DNA of 64,000 bases from Myxococcota bacterium. GTDB lineage: Bacteria > Myxococcota_A > UBA796 > UBA2385. Below the pieces are notes generated by a model that was not told where the DNA came from, searched no databases, and saw only the letters and a list, made by a program, of their open reading frames with translations. This document shows positions 26,585 to 36,708 of the stretch, in pieces. The translations under genes were made by a program, and so were the position numbers. Position 1 is the first letter of the stretch, and every line of letters begins with the position of its first letter. The stretch is from positions 64,001 to 128,000 of the forward strand of contig JBIJDH010000002.1 in NCBI GenBank assembly GCA_044344255.1, in the 5' to 3' direction.

Positions 26585-28423
26585 TCAGGACGCGGTCAGG
26601 ATCACGACGGTCTGACCGGCTTCGTCGGCGCAGCGGACCTTCTGGTCTCGCTCGGGGACGCAGACGAGGTGGGTGTCTTGCTTCAGCTCCAGCGAGCCCT
26701 CCACCTTGGCGCGGGCGGCGACCTTCGCGCTCAGGGCGTAGACCCCTGTGGGAAGGGCGGCGTCACCATTCGGGCTGCCGCTCAGGACCCGCTTGCCAGC
26801 GGCGTCTTCAAGGCGGATCCACTGAACGGTGTCGTCAGGTGAGCGGAGCTCGACCTTCACGGTGCCCTCGAGGGCGGCGTCGCCTCCGGCTGGTGTGCGC
26901 TCGGCCGCGCTCGAGGTCGACTCGGCGCTGGCGCGGGGGGCTGGAGCGCCCGCGGCGACCACGTCGGGGGCGGCCGGCCCGCGACTCCAGAGATACCAAG
27001 CTCCGCCTCCCACCGACGCCAGCGCGATCACGCCGAAGAAGGCGATGAACACAACGGCGGCGCCGATGATGAGGCCTCGCTTGGACGGGGCCGGGGCGGC
27101 CTCCGCATCGAAGGGAGGGGGCTGCGTCCGCCGGGAGGGTTCGCCTCGCCGGCCCGCTGGCGCGGAGGGCGAGGGGCTGCCCCGGAGGGCTCGGGAATTG
27201 GACGGCAGGGGGTCCTCGGCCTTGGCCGGCATCGCCGACGGCGAGGTGCGGGCGTCGGCGACCGGACCGCGAGCCACGGGAGCGTCGGGGCGGGCCTCCA
27301 GCTTTCGGGCCGGCGTGGCCGGTCGGGAGACCTGCACATCCGAGGCGCTCGGATCGGGCAGGGCCGCGCGGCCGGATGTGGCGATGGGAGGAGATGGCTG
27401 AGTGGCCACCTGCTGGGGGTCAGCGGTCTTCTCTGCGGTGTTTATCGCGATGAACAGGCGCGATCCGGAGAGCGCGCCGTCGGTGCCCTTGCCATAGACA
27501 TCCTCCGCCACCCGCGCGACGGTCGTGGTGGCGAAAGCGTCGAGGGACGGACCGGCGGACTGCTCCGAGAAGGCACGCAAAAGCTGGATGATCTGCTGGG
27601 CGTTCAGGCGCAGCTCGGGTTCGGCGGCGCACATCCGCGCGAGGGTCTGGCGGAGGGACTGGTCCCAGTCCTTGTTCGGCAGGCCGAGGCTGTCCAGGCG
27701 GGAGATGACGTCACCGAGCGCGGAGTCGTGCTCAGACTTGTCGAGCGGAAGGAGCGGGAGCAGCTCGCCGCGCAGCATCTCGATGAGGACGAGGCCGAGC
27801 GCGTAGATGTCGGAGGGGTGCTCCCCGCGGTCGCCGACGCGGCGCTCGGGGGACATGTACTTCATGCTGCCGAAGCGCAGGACGCCGGTGCGAGCGAGGC
27901 GGGCCTCATGGTTGAACCGGGCGGTGCCGAAGTCGAGGACCTTCACCTCGCCTTCGATGCTGACCATGATGTTCGACGGCTTGATGTCGCGGTGAACGAC
28001 GTTCAAGGGCTCGCTCATGCCGTACGGCACCTTGAAGCAGGCGGCCTCGAGGGCGGCGGCGGCGTCGTGGGCGATCTTGTACGCGGCCCGAGGGGGGATC
28101 CGCTCACCCCGCGCGGCGAGCTTCTCGATGAGCTGCTTGAGGTCGACCCCGTCCACAAACTCCATGATGATCGCGGGCTGGCCGTCGATCTCGGACATCG
28201 CCTCCACGCGAAGGATGTTGCGGTGGTGCAGGCGGGCCAGGAGGCGAGCCTCGTCGCGGGTGCGGTCGAGCAGGTCGTTGGACTCCGACCACTGGTCCTT
28301 CAAGACCTTGACGGCCACAATGCGCGACAGGCCGTCTGCGCCCGAGGCCTCGGCCAGGTAGACCCGCGCGAAGGTGCCGGCGCTGCGCTCCTGGAGCAGC
28401 GTGAGCTCGAACTGTCGGGTCAT
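26585..28423 (-). CDS. Membrane Ser/Thr protein kinase
   Basis: True start MTRQFEL; AGTFARVY, VAVK, HRDIKPSN, DFG, YMSPE; Pro-rich linker, TM, small external domain. Confidence 0.93.
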   Translation of the reverse strand: MTRQFELTLLQERSAGTFARVYLAEASGADGLSRIVAVKVLKDQWSESNDLLDRTRDEARLLARLHHRNILRVEAMSEIDGQPAIIMEFVDGVDLKQLIEKLAARGERIPPRAAYKIAHDAAAALEAACFKVPYGMSEPLNVVHRDIKPSNIMVSIEGEVKVLDFGTARFNHEARLARTGVLRFGSMKYMSPERRVGDRGEHPSDIYALGLVLIEMLRGELLPLLPLDKSEHDSALGDVISRLDSLGLPNKDWDQSLRQTLARMCAAEPELRLNAQQIIQLLRAFSEQSAGPSLDAFATTTVARVAEDVYGKGTDGALSGSRLFIAINTAEKTADPQQVATQPSPPIATSGRAALPDPSASDVQVSRPATPARKLEARPDAPVARGPVADARTSPSAMPAKAEDPLPSNSRALRGSPSPSAPAGRRGEPSRRTQPPPFDAEAAPAPSKRGLIIGAAVVFIAFFGVIALASVGGGAWYLWSRGPAAPDVVAAGAPAPRASAESTSSAAERTPAGGDAALEGTVKVELRSPDDTVQWIRLEDAAGKRVLSGSPNGDAALPTGVYALSAKVAARAKVEGSLELKQDTHLVCVPERDQKVRCADEAGQTVVILTAS

Positions 28424-28840
28424 GGGAGCTGCACTCGTCGACGGGGCATGACTTCGGCTCGTTCGGGCCGCCCCGCAGGCGATGGACCCCGGGCGAGAAG
28501 AGGACGGAATCGGGAGAAGGACGGAGAGCCGGACGGAGAGGGAAGTGAATGATGGCCCGGATGGAGGGCTGGACCCAGGCGAAGGCGGTGTCGCGAGCTT
28601 ATCACGCCGGACCCGCCCCTGTCCGCCGGTGCACTTCCTGCGGACCCCGCAGAGGGCGCTTGCACAACGGACATGGGATGTGGTTAAACCCCCCCGACGG
28701 TCCGTCGGACCGCGGAGTGCCTCCGAAATGCCCCTCTCCTCGGCGAGCGCCTGGCCTTCAGGTTTCGCAGTGTGTAAGGCCGTCCAGGATGGCTGCGTTG
28801 GGTGTTCGAAGGGTCCCTTGGCGCTTGAGTGGAGGTCTCC

Positions 28841-29941
28841 GTGAAGCAAGGAGTGAAGGGCGAAGCCCGAGCCAGAGGGGGCGCAGCTCCCGGCCTGCTT
28901 CGGATGGCGCCCGTCGGATGTGTGGCGCTGCTCGCGATGTTCGCCCTCAGCGGCTGCAGCATCGTCGACAAGGTGCTCAAGCTCGGCGACAAAGCGTCTG
29001 CCGCCGCGGAGGTCAAGCTCAAGGCGGGTGATCTCCCTGGCGCGAGCACCGACTACGCCAAGGCTGCAAAGGACCACCCCTCGACGGTCTCGGCGGCGAC
29101 CGGCGCCGCGTATACGGCGCTGCTCCAAGGAGACACCGCGGGGGCTGACAAGATCCTGGCGGCGGCCGAGGCTGGCGCAGGGCCGCTCGTGGGCGAGATC
29201 AAGCTGCGACGAGCCTTGGTCGCGCTCAAGGCCGGTGACCTCGACTCCATGCGCACCCACGCGGAGGCCAGCGGGCTGCCCCTCGGCAAGCTGCTCGCCG
29301 CCGAGGTCGCGCTCGCGGACGGTGAGCGAGAAGAGGCGGCGGGGCTCCTCACTGCGGTGGAGGGTACGTCGGGTACGGTCGGCGACACTGCCAAGGCCTA
29401 CCTCGCGCTCATCCAGGATCCGGACCCTCTGGTCGCGGGCCTCTCCGAGGCGCAGGCCCTCTGGGCCCTCGGTGAGCGGAAGGTGGCGGTGAAGTCGGCG
29501 GTGGAGCTCGTCACCAACCTCCCCGACACCCGTACGGACCGCGAAGAGCAGCTCCTCGTCTGGGCCGGTCGCGCCGCCTCGGTGGGCGAGACCGACATCG
29601 CCCGTGGGCTGCTCGACGCGGCGATCTTTCCCCCGGAAGGGCAGGCCTGGCGCAAGGTCGCGACCCTCGGCATCATCGCCTGCGCCGAGGGCAAGGGCGC
29701 GGAGTGCCTCACTCAGCTCGACGCGCTCGAAGGGAGCGCTCCTTCTGACGGCCTCGCCGACGCCCGCGCCACCGCGGCCTTCCTGATCGCGGGCACCGAT
29801 CCGGAAACCTCCAAGAAGCTTGCGGGTTCGTACATCTCGAACGCTGCGGCCCGCGCCCTCGTCGAGGCGGGCGACCGGGATGCGGCCCTCGGCTCCTCCC
29901 CGGGCGGCGTGTACGCCACCTACCTGAAGTCCGGAGGCTGA
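28841..29941 (+). CDS. Helical (TPR-like) lipoprotein
   Basis: ALSGC lipobox, Ala/Leu helical repeats; start uncertain (28841-28904). Confidence 0.75.
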   Translation: MKQGVKGEARARGGAAPGLLRMAPVGCVALLAMFALSGCSIVDKVLKLGDKASAAAEVKLKAGDLPGASTDYAKAAKDHPSTVSAATGAAYTALLQGDTAGADKILAAAEAGAGPLVGEIKLRRALVALKAGDLDSMRTHAEASGLPLGKLLAAEVALADGEREEAAGLLTAVEGTSGTVGDTAKAYLALIQDPDPLVAGLSEAQALWALGERKVAVKSAVELVTNLPDTRTDREEQLLVWAGRAASVGETDIARGLLDAAIFPPEGQAWRKVATLGIIACAEGKGAECLTQLDALEGSAPSDGLADARATAAFLIAGTDPETSKKLAGSYISNAAARALVEAGDRDAALGSSPGGVYATYLKSGG

Positions 29942-29944
29942 ACG

Positions 29945-30412
29945 ATGCGTCTCGCCCATACCCTGCTCCTCGGAGCCCTCGTCCTCGCGCCTGCGCTCGT
30001 CCCCGCCACCGCATCGGCGAAGAAGGGTTCAGAGGGAGATCCCGAGGGAGTGCCGGTCAAGGTGAAGGTGCTGGACGCAGACGGGAACCCGATCCCCACC
30101 GCCGTGGTCCGGCACCCCGACGAGGCCGATCGTCACCGGGTCAACTCTCTGACCGGGGAGTGGTTCAACTCGGTGCTGTACCTGCCGGACGGCAGTGAGA
30201 TGATCTTCACTCCCGGCATGCAGCTTCGCCTGGAGATCTCCGCGCCAGGCTACATGACCAAGATCATCCAGTACGACATCCGCAAGCGGAAGAACAACAT
30301 TGAGGTCGCCCTCGACAAGCTCGAAATCGAAGAGCAGTCGATCGAGGAGCCCACCATACAGTTCGGCCGAGACAAGCCCCGCGATGACGGTGGCTCCGGG
30401 CCGGCCAACTGA
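29945..30412 (+). CDS. Secreted protein, carboxypeptidase-regulatory-like beta-sandwich
   Basis: Signal peptide (ATASA), VLDADGNPIPTAVV, ISAPGY. Confidence 0.75.
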   Translation: MRLAHTLLLGALVLAPALVPATASAKKGSEGDPEGVPVKVKVLDADGNPIPTAVVRHPDEADRHRVNSLTGEWFNSVLYLPDGSEMIFTPGMQLRLEISAPGYMTKIIQYDIRKRKNNIEVALDKLEIEEQSIEEPTIQFGRDKPRDDGGSGPAN

Positions 30413-30425
30413 ACAGGAGTCGCGC

Positions 30426-31796
30426 GTGAAGCAAGGACTGGTCTTCCTGGCGGTGTCGGGAGCCTTGGGGGTGGTCGGGGTCGCGTTGGCCGCGGGCTGG
30501 TCGGACTTCGGCCCGGCCTTCCCTGGCTTGCCCTGCAATGACGGCTGGGCGGCCTGCCTCGTGGAGGGGCAGGTGGTGAGCCCGGACATGGTCGTCGACT
30601 CCGCGGGGAGGCCACAGGTCTCCAACCAGCGGGTTGGCTTCTTTGACCTCCAGCCGTTGCCGGCCTTCAGCCCGTTCAGCACCCTGTCCCCCTACGCGGG
30701 CAGCGCCGACGCCGCGTTGGCGGACGCGGCGCCCCCTGCGGGGGCCCCGGCGGAGGCCGAGCCCGCGGAGGCCGAGCCCGCAGAGGCCGAGCCAGAAGAC
30801 CGAGCGGAGAGGGAGGAGGGATCGCGACGGGAGCCGCCGGTCGCGGCCCGCGCCGATCGGGAGGAGCGGGAAGATCGCGCTCCCACGGCGGTCGCCACCA
30901 CCCGCACCCCGCCGCCGGAGACGACGGCCGCGCGAACGCCTCCGCCGGCTACGGCGCCGCCCCCGACCACCGTGAGCGCGCCGCCGTCCAACACCCAGAC
31001 CGCGGCGCGGACTACGCCTCCGCCGACCACCGCGCCACCGCCGACCACGGTCGTGGCGACGCAGCCGCCGCCGGTGACAAAGACCCAGTCGGCCGCCGCG
31101 ACCGCTCCTCCGCCGACGACCGCCACGCAGGCGGCCAGCGCACCGGTAGCGGTCGCAGCGGCCAGCCGCCCCCCACCGCCTGCGAACGCGGCGCCGCAGG
31201 ATGACTCCTGTGACGATCTCGTCGCGCTCGAGGCCCCGGCCATGATGGGGCAGCTCGGCGTGGGGCGTCGAAAGTGCTTGGAGGGGGTGCTCGGGGCGGG
31301 CGGTGCCCAGACCCAGCGGAACAAGGTCAGCCGGGTGCTCATCTTTGACGCCGAGGCCCGCGGGGATCGGTCGGACTGGGAGCGCTTGATGAAGCGCCAC
31401 CTCGAAGACATCGATCGCTCTGATCCGAACCTCTGCATGAAGTATGCGATCCACCTGTCTCGCGGCGGTGTCGCGCGGGCCAATGGCGTGATCCGGTGGG
31501 CCGACTACGCGCTCGAGAACAAGCAGCAGTGGTCCGGTCCGTCGTACACCAAGAACGTCTACAGCCTCTACAAGCTGCGGGCCCAGGGTGCGCATAAGCT
31601 GTGGGAGAGCGCCGAGGCCAAGTTCGTCGCGGAGCGCAATGACGAGAACGAGGCGGCCGCCGCGAAATATCGCGGGGTCGCGAAGGACTACGCCCGGGAG
31701 TGGCTGGACTACGCCCGTGCGTCCAGCAGCGACATCAAAGATCCTCTCGCCCTCTGCGTGTCCGCGTCCGGAAACAAGGAATTCTGCGACGGATGA
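30426..31796 (+). CDS. Secreted protein with Pro/Thr-rich stalk and Cys-containing helical C-domain
   Basis: GTG after AGGAG, signal peptide, TPPPTT repeats, C-terminal ALCVSASGNKEFC. Confidence 0.75.
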   Translation: MKQGLVFLAVSGALGVVGVALAAGWSDFGPAFPGLPCNDGWAACLVEGQVVSPDMVVDSAGRPQVSNQRVGFFDLQPLPAFSPFSTLSPYAGSADAALADAAPPAGAPAEAEPAEAEPAEAEPEDRAEREEGSRREPPVAARADREEREDRAPTAVATTRTPPPETTAARTPPPATAPPPTTVSAPPSNTQTAARTTPPPTTAPPPTTVVATQPPPVTKTQSAAATAPPPTTATQAASAPVAVAAASRPPPPANAAPQDDSCDDLVALEAPAMMGQLGVGRRKCLEGVLGAGGAQTQRNKVSRVLIFDAEARGDRSDWERLMKRHLEDIDRSDPNLCMKYAIHLSRGGVARANGVIRWADYALENKQQWSGPSYTKNVYSLYKLRAQGAHKLWESAEAKFVAERNDENEAAAAKYRGVAKDYAREWLDYARASSSDIKDPLALCVSASGNKEFCDG

Positions 31797-33190
31797 GCAA
31801 CTGGCGCCGGTATTCGACCTTCCTCTTCGGGTGTCTGTCGATCGTCTCCTGTGCGGGCGAGCCGGAGGTGGCGGCGGTCCCCTCTGCGAGCTCCTCGCTC
31901 ATCTCAACGGAGCTCCTCGCCGCCACGTGGCCCGTCCGGATGTCGGAGGACCAGGTTCGCTTACCCTTCGAGCAGGATCCGGCTTGGGGGCAGGTGTTTC
32001 GGCGTGAGTACCCGGAGGCCCTCGGTGCCTTCGCGGCGGCGGCGCCGACGGGCCGAGCTCTGGCCCGGATGCATGTCGAGCACGCGGCCCTCTACCGGCA
32101 GGCCGCCCTGCTCGCGGCCAACAGCGTGAGACAGGTATACGGCGCAGACCGGCAAGACGTCGATCCGGTCGAGGTGGACTACCTGCTGGCCGCCTCCGCA
32201 GGGGTGATGGGCGACTGCGCGGGCGCGCGGGAGGCGCTCCGTCGGCTCCAGGGTGCGAACGCCGCGCTGTTGGGGCCCCAGACGGCCTTCCTGCAGGCTT
32301 GGGCGGACGCCCCGGATTGCCCTCGTGTTCCGGGCGGCGCCGATGTTGGGGTGGGGGCCTTTCCGGGGCAGTGGACCGCCGCGAAGGCGGGCACGATCCC
32401 CAACGTGGAGGCGCTCCCTCACTACCGCTTTACCGAGAAGGTGGAGGGAGGCGGCGAGCTCTCGGCGACCGACCCCACGAGCTTGCTGCTCCTGTCTCGC
32501 TGGCATGAAGCCGCAGCCCTCGCGGCGGCGCCCGCCGAGGACGCGTCCGTGGTCGCCCTCGTCCTCGATCCCTGGCGCCTGCCGGGTGAGGCCAAGGACC
32601 CACTCACGTCTTCCACGCCCGCCGTGGCCGATGACTGGCTCTTCGCGGGCTTCCTGCTCATGCCTGCTGACGCCGCGTTTCTCTCCGCCGCACGCCAAGG
32701 GGGTGTGGCGGCCGTCGAGGCCTGGAAGGGTAAGAGCGCGCTCGCCGCGGTCGTCGCCCCAGCCATCGTGGACGGCAAGGTGGACCCCGATCGGATGCTC
32801 GATCAGGCTGTCGGGTTGGGTGATCAGATGAGCGCCGCGATGGTCGCCAAGGCTGGCTCCGAGCAAGGTTATCAGCGGCCCTTCGTGGACATCAGCCGTG
32901 TCGCTGCGCTGAGGGCCGGGATGGTCGTCGCGGACGCCACGGGTGAGGCCCGGGACGCAGGGATCTTGCGCATCAACGCGCTCGAACGGTCCACTGGGCC
33001 GGCCTCTGATCCCGTGTTCTCCATCTCCGTGGCTGCCTGGGACGCGGGAAACCGAAACCCTCAGCGGGCGCAGGACCTCTTGCACGGGCTCTCGATGAGC
33101 TTCCCCGCCGTGGAGGCGGCGCGTTACCCCCTGGACGCCATGCACATCCGCCTCGCGCGGAACGCGGGGCCCTCTTCGCCGGTACATTAG
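31793..33190 (+). CDS. Hypothetical helical lipoprotein
   Basis: ATGA overlap; IVSC lipobox-like; host-like codon usage. Confidence 0.7.
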   Translation: MSNWRRYSTFLFGCLSIVSCAGEPEVAAVPSASSSLISTELLAATWPVRMSEDQVRLPFEQDPAWGQVFRREYPEALGAFAAAAPTGRALARMHVEHAALYRQAALLAANSVRQVYGADRQDVDPVEVDYLLAASAGVMGDCAGAREALRRLQGANAALLGPQTAFLQAWADAPDCPRVPGGADVGVGAFPGQWTAAKAGTIPNVEALPHYRFTEKVEGGGELSATDPTSLLLLSRWHEAAALAAAPAEDASVVALVLDPWRLPGEAKDPLTSSTPAVADDWLFAGFLLMPADAAFLSAARQGGVAAVEAWKGKSALAAVVAPAIVDGKVDPDRMLDQAVGLGDQMSAAMVAKAGSEQGYQRPFVDISRVAALRAGMVVADATGEARDAGILRINALERSTGPASDPVFSISVAAWDAGNRNPQRAQDLLHGLSMSFPAVEAARYPLDAMHIRLARNAGPSSPVH

Positions 33191-33367
33191 TCTCCCCTCG
33201 GGTACCCTTCGGGCTTCCCTGCCTGAAGGAGCGCCCCTTCCTCTGCTCCCCGTCTCTCCCGTCCCTGTAGCGCCCCGAAATCGAAGAGAGATCGCGGGTG
33301 CTTTGCGCTCCAAGGCTGAATCGATGAACCTGCCGTCGCTGTCCCGAAGCACCCAGGAGACCCAACC

Positions 33368-34939
33368 ATGGCGCTGAAGCACGCCCTCTTGGCCGCTGGG
33401 GCGGCAGCCCTCGCGCTGTTCGCCACCGGCCCCACGCTGGCCTACTTCGAGGAGAGCCTCCCAACGACCCTGAACCCGCTGTACGCCTCCACGATGGTAG
33501 ACGTTCGAGCGCAGGATCTGGTCTTCGATCGGCTTTGGTACCACGACGCGATCACGAACGAGCTGAAGAGCCGCGTGGTGGAGAAGTGGGAGCTCGTTGA
33601 GAATGGGACGGCCATCAAGATCACGCTCAAGAGCGGGCTCAAGTGGCACAATGGCAAGGCGATGGGCGCGGACGACGTCTGCTTCACCGTCGCGGCGATG
33701 CTGGACAAGGGCACGCCGAGCCCCGTGGCGGAGGGCTACCGGGACGTCCTGAAGGACTGCAAGGCCCAGGGAAACCAGGTCGCGGTCATCAGCTTCACCA
33801 AGGTCTTCCACAACCCGCGTGAACGCCTCGGCTTCGCCGTGCTCCCGAAGTCGAGCTTCGAGTCCACGGCCATCACGCCGGACCTCCGCTTCAGCGCGCA
33901 GCCCGACGGCTCCGGCCCTTTCAAGGGCGGGCGTGGGCGCCGCAGCGTCACCTTCGACGCCTTTGGGAATGTGCACCACAGCCCGGCGATCGCGCAGCTC
34001 CAGCTCCAGGAGGGCGGTGATCCGATCGTCCAGGTCAAGACGATCATCAACAACGGCGTGCAAGGCATCATCGCCGTGCCTCCGCAGTACCGTCCCGAGG
34101 TCTCCGCCTCGGACGAGGTGGCGCTGAAGTCCTACGACCTACGCTCGTGGTGGTTCATCGCGGTCAACCCGAACAGCGCGGCGCTCTCCGACAAGCGCGT
34201 CCGGCAGGCCCTCAACCTGCTCCTCGATCGTACCGAGCTCCGGCAGCTGGCGATCGGCGTGAAGCCCGGCGAGCAGAATAGCCCCTGCGAGTTCATCTCG
34301 GGGCCCTTCGTTCAGTCGAGCCCCTATTACAACCGGTCGATCCCGGTCGCGGAGCGCTCGGATCGAGCCAAGGCGGACGCCCTCCTCAAGGAGGCGGGCC
34401 TCGCGCAAGTGGGCGGTCGGTGGCACCTCAAGGGTCAGCCGGTCGATCTGCGCATCGGAATGCTCGCGCCCCTCAACAATGAGGCGCCCGACCTCCTCTC
34501 GCAGATCGGCAATCAGCTCGGCGCTGGGGGCTTCGCCCGCGAGGAGGCGCGGATCAGCGTGGACGACTGGAACCGCAAGGCGGTGACGGGTCAGCTCACG
34601 CAGGAGTACGACCTCTTGATCGGAAAGTGGTCGTTCGGCATCGTCGAGGACGTCAACGACCTCTTCCATTCTCGCGCCGGCAAGGATGGAAAGAAGAACA
34701 TCTTCAACTATTCGAACGCCGAAGTGGACGGGATCCTCGACACCTTCGCGAAGGCTCGGACGGACACCCAGGCCCAGGACGCCTACCACAACCTCCATGA
34801 GAGGCTGTCCAAGGAGCTGCCGTACCTCTTCTTGTGGAAGCTGGACACGCGGTCGGCCTGGCGCACTGAGGTTCGGGGCAACATCATCACGCCGTACCAC
34901 TACTTCACCGAGATCGACTCCTGGCGCTACGAGAAGTAG
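33368..34939 (+). CDS. ABC transporter substrate-binding protein, family 5 (Opp/Dpp/Nik)
   Basis: PTTLNP, LKSGLKWHNG...ADDVCFT, GSGPF, DKRVRQAL, YSNAEVD, ELPYLFLW. Confidence 0.93.
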   Translation: MALKHALLAAGAAALALFATGPTLAYFEESLPTTLNPLYASTMVDVRAQDLVFDRLWYHDAITNELKSRVVEKWELVENGTAIKITLKSGLKWHNGKAMGADDVCFTVAAMLDKGTPSPVAEGYRDVLKDCKAQGNQVAVISFTKVFHNPRERLGFAVLPKSSFESTAITPDLRFSAQPDGSGPFKGGRGRRSVTFDAFGNVHHSPAIAQLQLQEGGDPIVQVKTIINNGVQGIIAVPPQYRPEVSASDEVALKSYDLRSWWFIAVNPNSAALSDKRVRQALNLLLDRTELRQLAIGVKPGEQNSPCEFISGPFVQSSPYYNRSIPVAERSDRAKADALLKEAGLAQVGGRWHLKGQPVDLRIGMLAPLNNEAPDLLSQIGNQLGAGGFAREEARISVDDWNRKAVTGQLTQEYDLLIGKWSFGIVEDVNDLFHSRAGKDGKKNIFNYSNAEVDGILDTFAKARTDTQAQDAYHNLHERLSKELPYLFLWKLDTRSAWRTEVRGNIITPYHYFTEIDSWRYEK

Positions 34940-34963
34940 CCCCGGTCGGCTCTGGAGCCTCGT

Positions 34964-35887
34964 GTGAAGCGATGGTGGTTGAGACCGGCGGTGCGGCTGC
35001 TGGCGGCGGTGGTCCTGCCTCTGGCGGTGCCCGCGATCATCACCCTGTTGATCTGGGCTTTGCCCGGTGATCCCGCGAGCATCATCTGCCCGCCGGAGAG
35101 CTGCGGCGGCACCGAGGCCTTGGCCGAGCGCTGGCACCTCGACGGCGGACCTTGGGCCTTCTTCAGCTCATGGCTCGGTGGGGCGATCCAAGGGGACTTC
35201 GGGAACTCCTGGCGTGTGATGCAGGGCGGGCCGGTCTCCGAGCTCCTCCTGGAGGCGGCGCCGACGACCGTCGCCCTCATCAGCGCGGCGCTGCTGCCCG
35301 TGATCTTCGGCGTCGTGGGCGCGGCCGCAGGCTGGATCCCTCGAAAGCTCGACGGGCCGCTCAACGTCATCGGCCTCGTCCCAGCGCTCGTCTTTGCGCT
35401 CGTGGTGGCCGCGGTGATCCAGCTCAAGTGGGGGGCAGGATCGTCTGACCCCGAGCAGCTCGCGCGCCTCCTTGGGGGTGCGCTGGTGCTCGGCCTCTCC
35501 GACGGGGCGTTCTCGGGCGCGGTCGCGGGGATGCGGGGCATCTTCGACGCCGAGAACCGGCAGCGCTACGTCGCCATCGCGATTCTGCGCGGAGAGCGAC
35601 CGCTGTGGAACACGCTGCCAAATGTCGCGCCTGCGATGGTCGGTCAGCTTCGGGCCCGCACGCTCCACTTGTTGTCTGGGGCGGTCGTCGTCGAGGTCGT
35701 GCTCCGGATCAACGGCCTGGGAGATCTCCTGTGGGGCGGCGCGCTCCGGCAGGACTTCGCGGTGGTGCTCCCTGTGGCGACCGGCTTCGCCTTGCTCTCG
35801 GCGCTCCTCCTGCTCATTCAAGCGCTGGTCGAGATCCTGGTCGCCGTGCACGTTCGTCGTTCGCCGGCGCTCGGGAGCGCCGCATGA
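34964..35887 (+). CDS. ABC permease, DppB/OppB-like
   Basis: LPGDPA, GDFGNSW, GAVVVEVV...GLG...QDFAVV. Confidence 0.9.
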   Translation: MKRWWLRPAVRLLAAVVLPLAVPAIITLLIWALPGDPASIICPPESCGGTEALAERWHLDGGPWAFFSSWLGGAIQGDFGNSWRVMQGGPVSELLLEAAPTTVALISAALLPVIFGVVGAAAGWIPRKLDGPLNVIGLVPALVFALVVAAVIQLKWGAGSSDPEQLARLLGGALVLGLSDGAFSGAVAGMRGIFDAENRQRYVAIAILRGERPLWNTLPNVAPAMVGQLRARTLHLLSGAVVVEVVLRINGLGDLLWGGALRQDFAVVLPVATGFALLSALLLLIQALVEILVAVHVRRSPALGSAA

Positions 35888-36708
35888 GCGGACGCTGGCT
35901 CTCGGGGACCGTGGCTGCGATCGGGCTGATCCTCCTCCTCTTCGCGGCGCTCATGGCGCCCGAGCACCTGCCCTCGCCCGCGCTCGAGCTCGCTAACGCT
36001 GGCTTCTTGGACATGCCCCCCTTCGGGGCGGACGGCCGGGGGCGTCCGCTCTTGGCCTATGCACAGCAGGGGGCTCGCGTGGCGGTCCTCCCCGCGGTGT
36101 TCGCGGGCCTGCTGGTCTCCTCGCTCGCGGTGATGGGCGGCCTCCTCCGCGCGATGGGCTTCACCGGCCTCGACTCTTGGATTCAAGGGGTCGGTGAGGT
36201 CGTCGGCGCGCTCCCGCGCATGGTCGTGCTGCTGGTGGTGGCGCTCATCCTGCCGCGCGACGCGCGGGGGCTGTTGCCGATCGCGCTTTGCTGGGCGCTG
36301 CTCGCCGCTCCCGGGGCGATGGACGAGGCGGCGGCGGTCTCCGAGCGTCTGGGCGGCGCGCGCTTCGTCGAGGCGCTGCGGGCCCACGGCTACTCGGCCA
36401 CCCGGATCTTCCTGTACCACGTCGTCGCCCTCAACCTTCGCCCTGTGGTGGTGCGCCAGGGGGTGGAAGTGGTGATGCAGGTTGTCTTCTTGGAGATCGC
36501 CTTCTCTTACCTCTCGGTGGTCGAGAGCTACCCGAGCTTCACGCACTCCGACAGCGTGGTGAGCTGGGCCGACATCCTCTACATGGGCTACCCGGCGCTC
36601 GCCTTTGGTGACCCCACCGCGGCCCACGCCCTGTTGCTCGGCCTCGGTCTCATCAGCTTCATCGCCGTGGTGACCCTCGCCACCAGCCACGCCGCGAGGG
36701 CCCGTTGA
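35884..36708 (+). CDS. ABC permease, DppC/OppC-like
   Basis: FGADGRGR, FVEALRAHG (EAA loop), EIAFSYL. Confidence 0.88.
   Translation: MSGRWLSGTVAAIGLILLLFAALMAPEHLPSPALELANAGFLDMPPFGADGRGRPLLAYAQQGARVAVLPAVFAGLLVSSLAVMGGLLRAMGFTGLDSWIQGVGEVVGALPRMVVLLVVALILPRDARGLLPIALCWALLAAPGAMDEAAAVSERLGGARFVEALRAHGYSATRIFLYHVVALNLRPVVVRQGVEVVMQVVFLEIAFSYLSVVESYPSFTHSDSVVSWADILYMGYPALAFGDPTAAHALLLGLGLISFIAVVTLATSHAARAR

Noticed and set aside
28424..29959. N-terminal extension making the kinase ORF 1124 aa
   Set aside because: Overlaps the antisense lipoprotein gene and the intergenic region; kinase motifs begin at MTRQFEL (28423)
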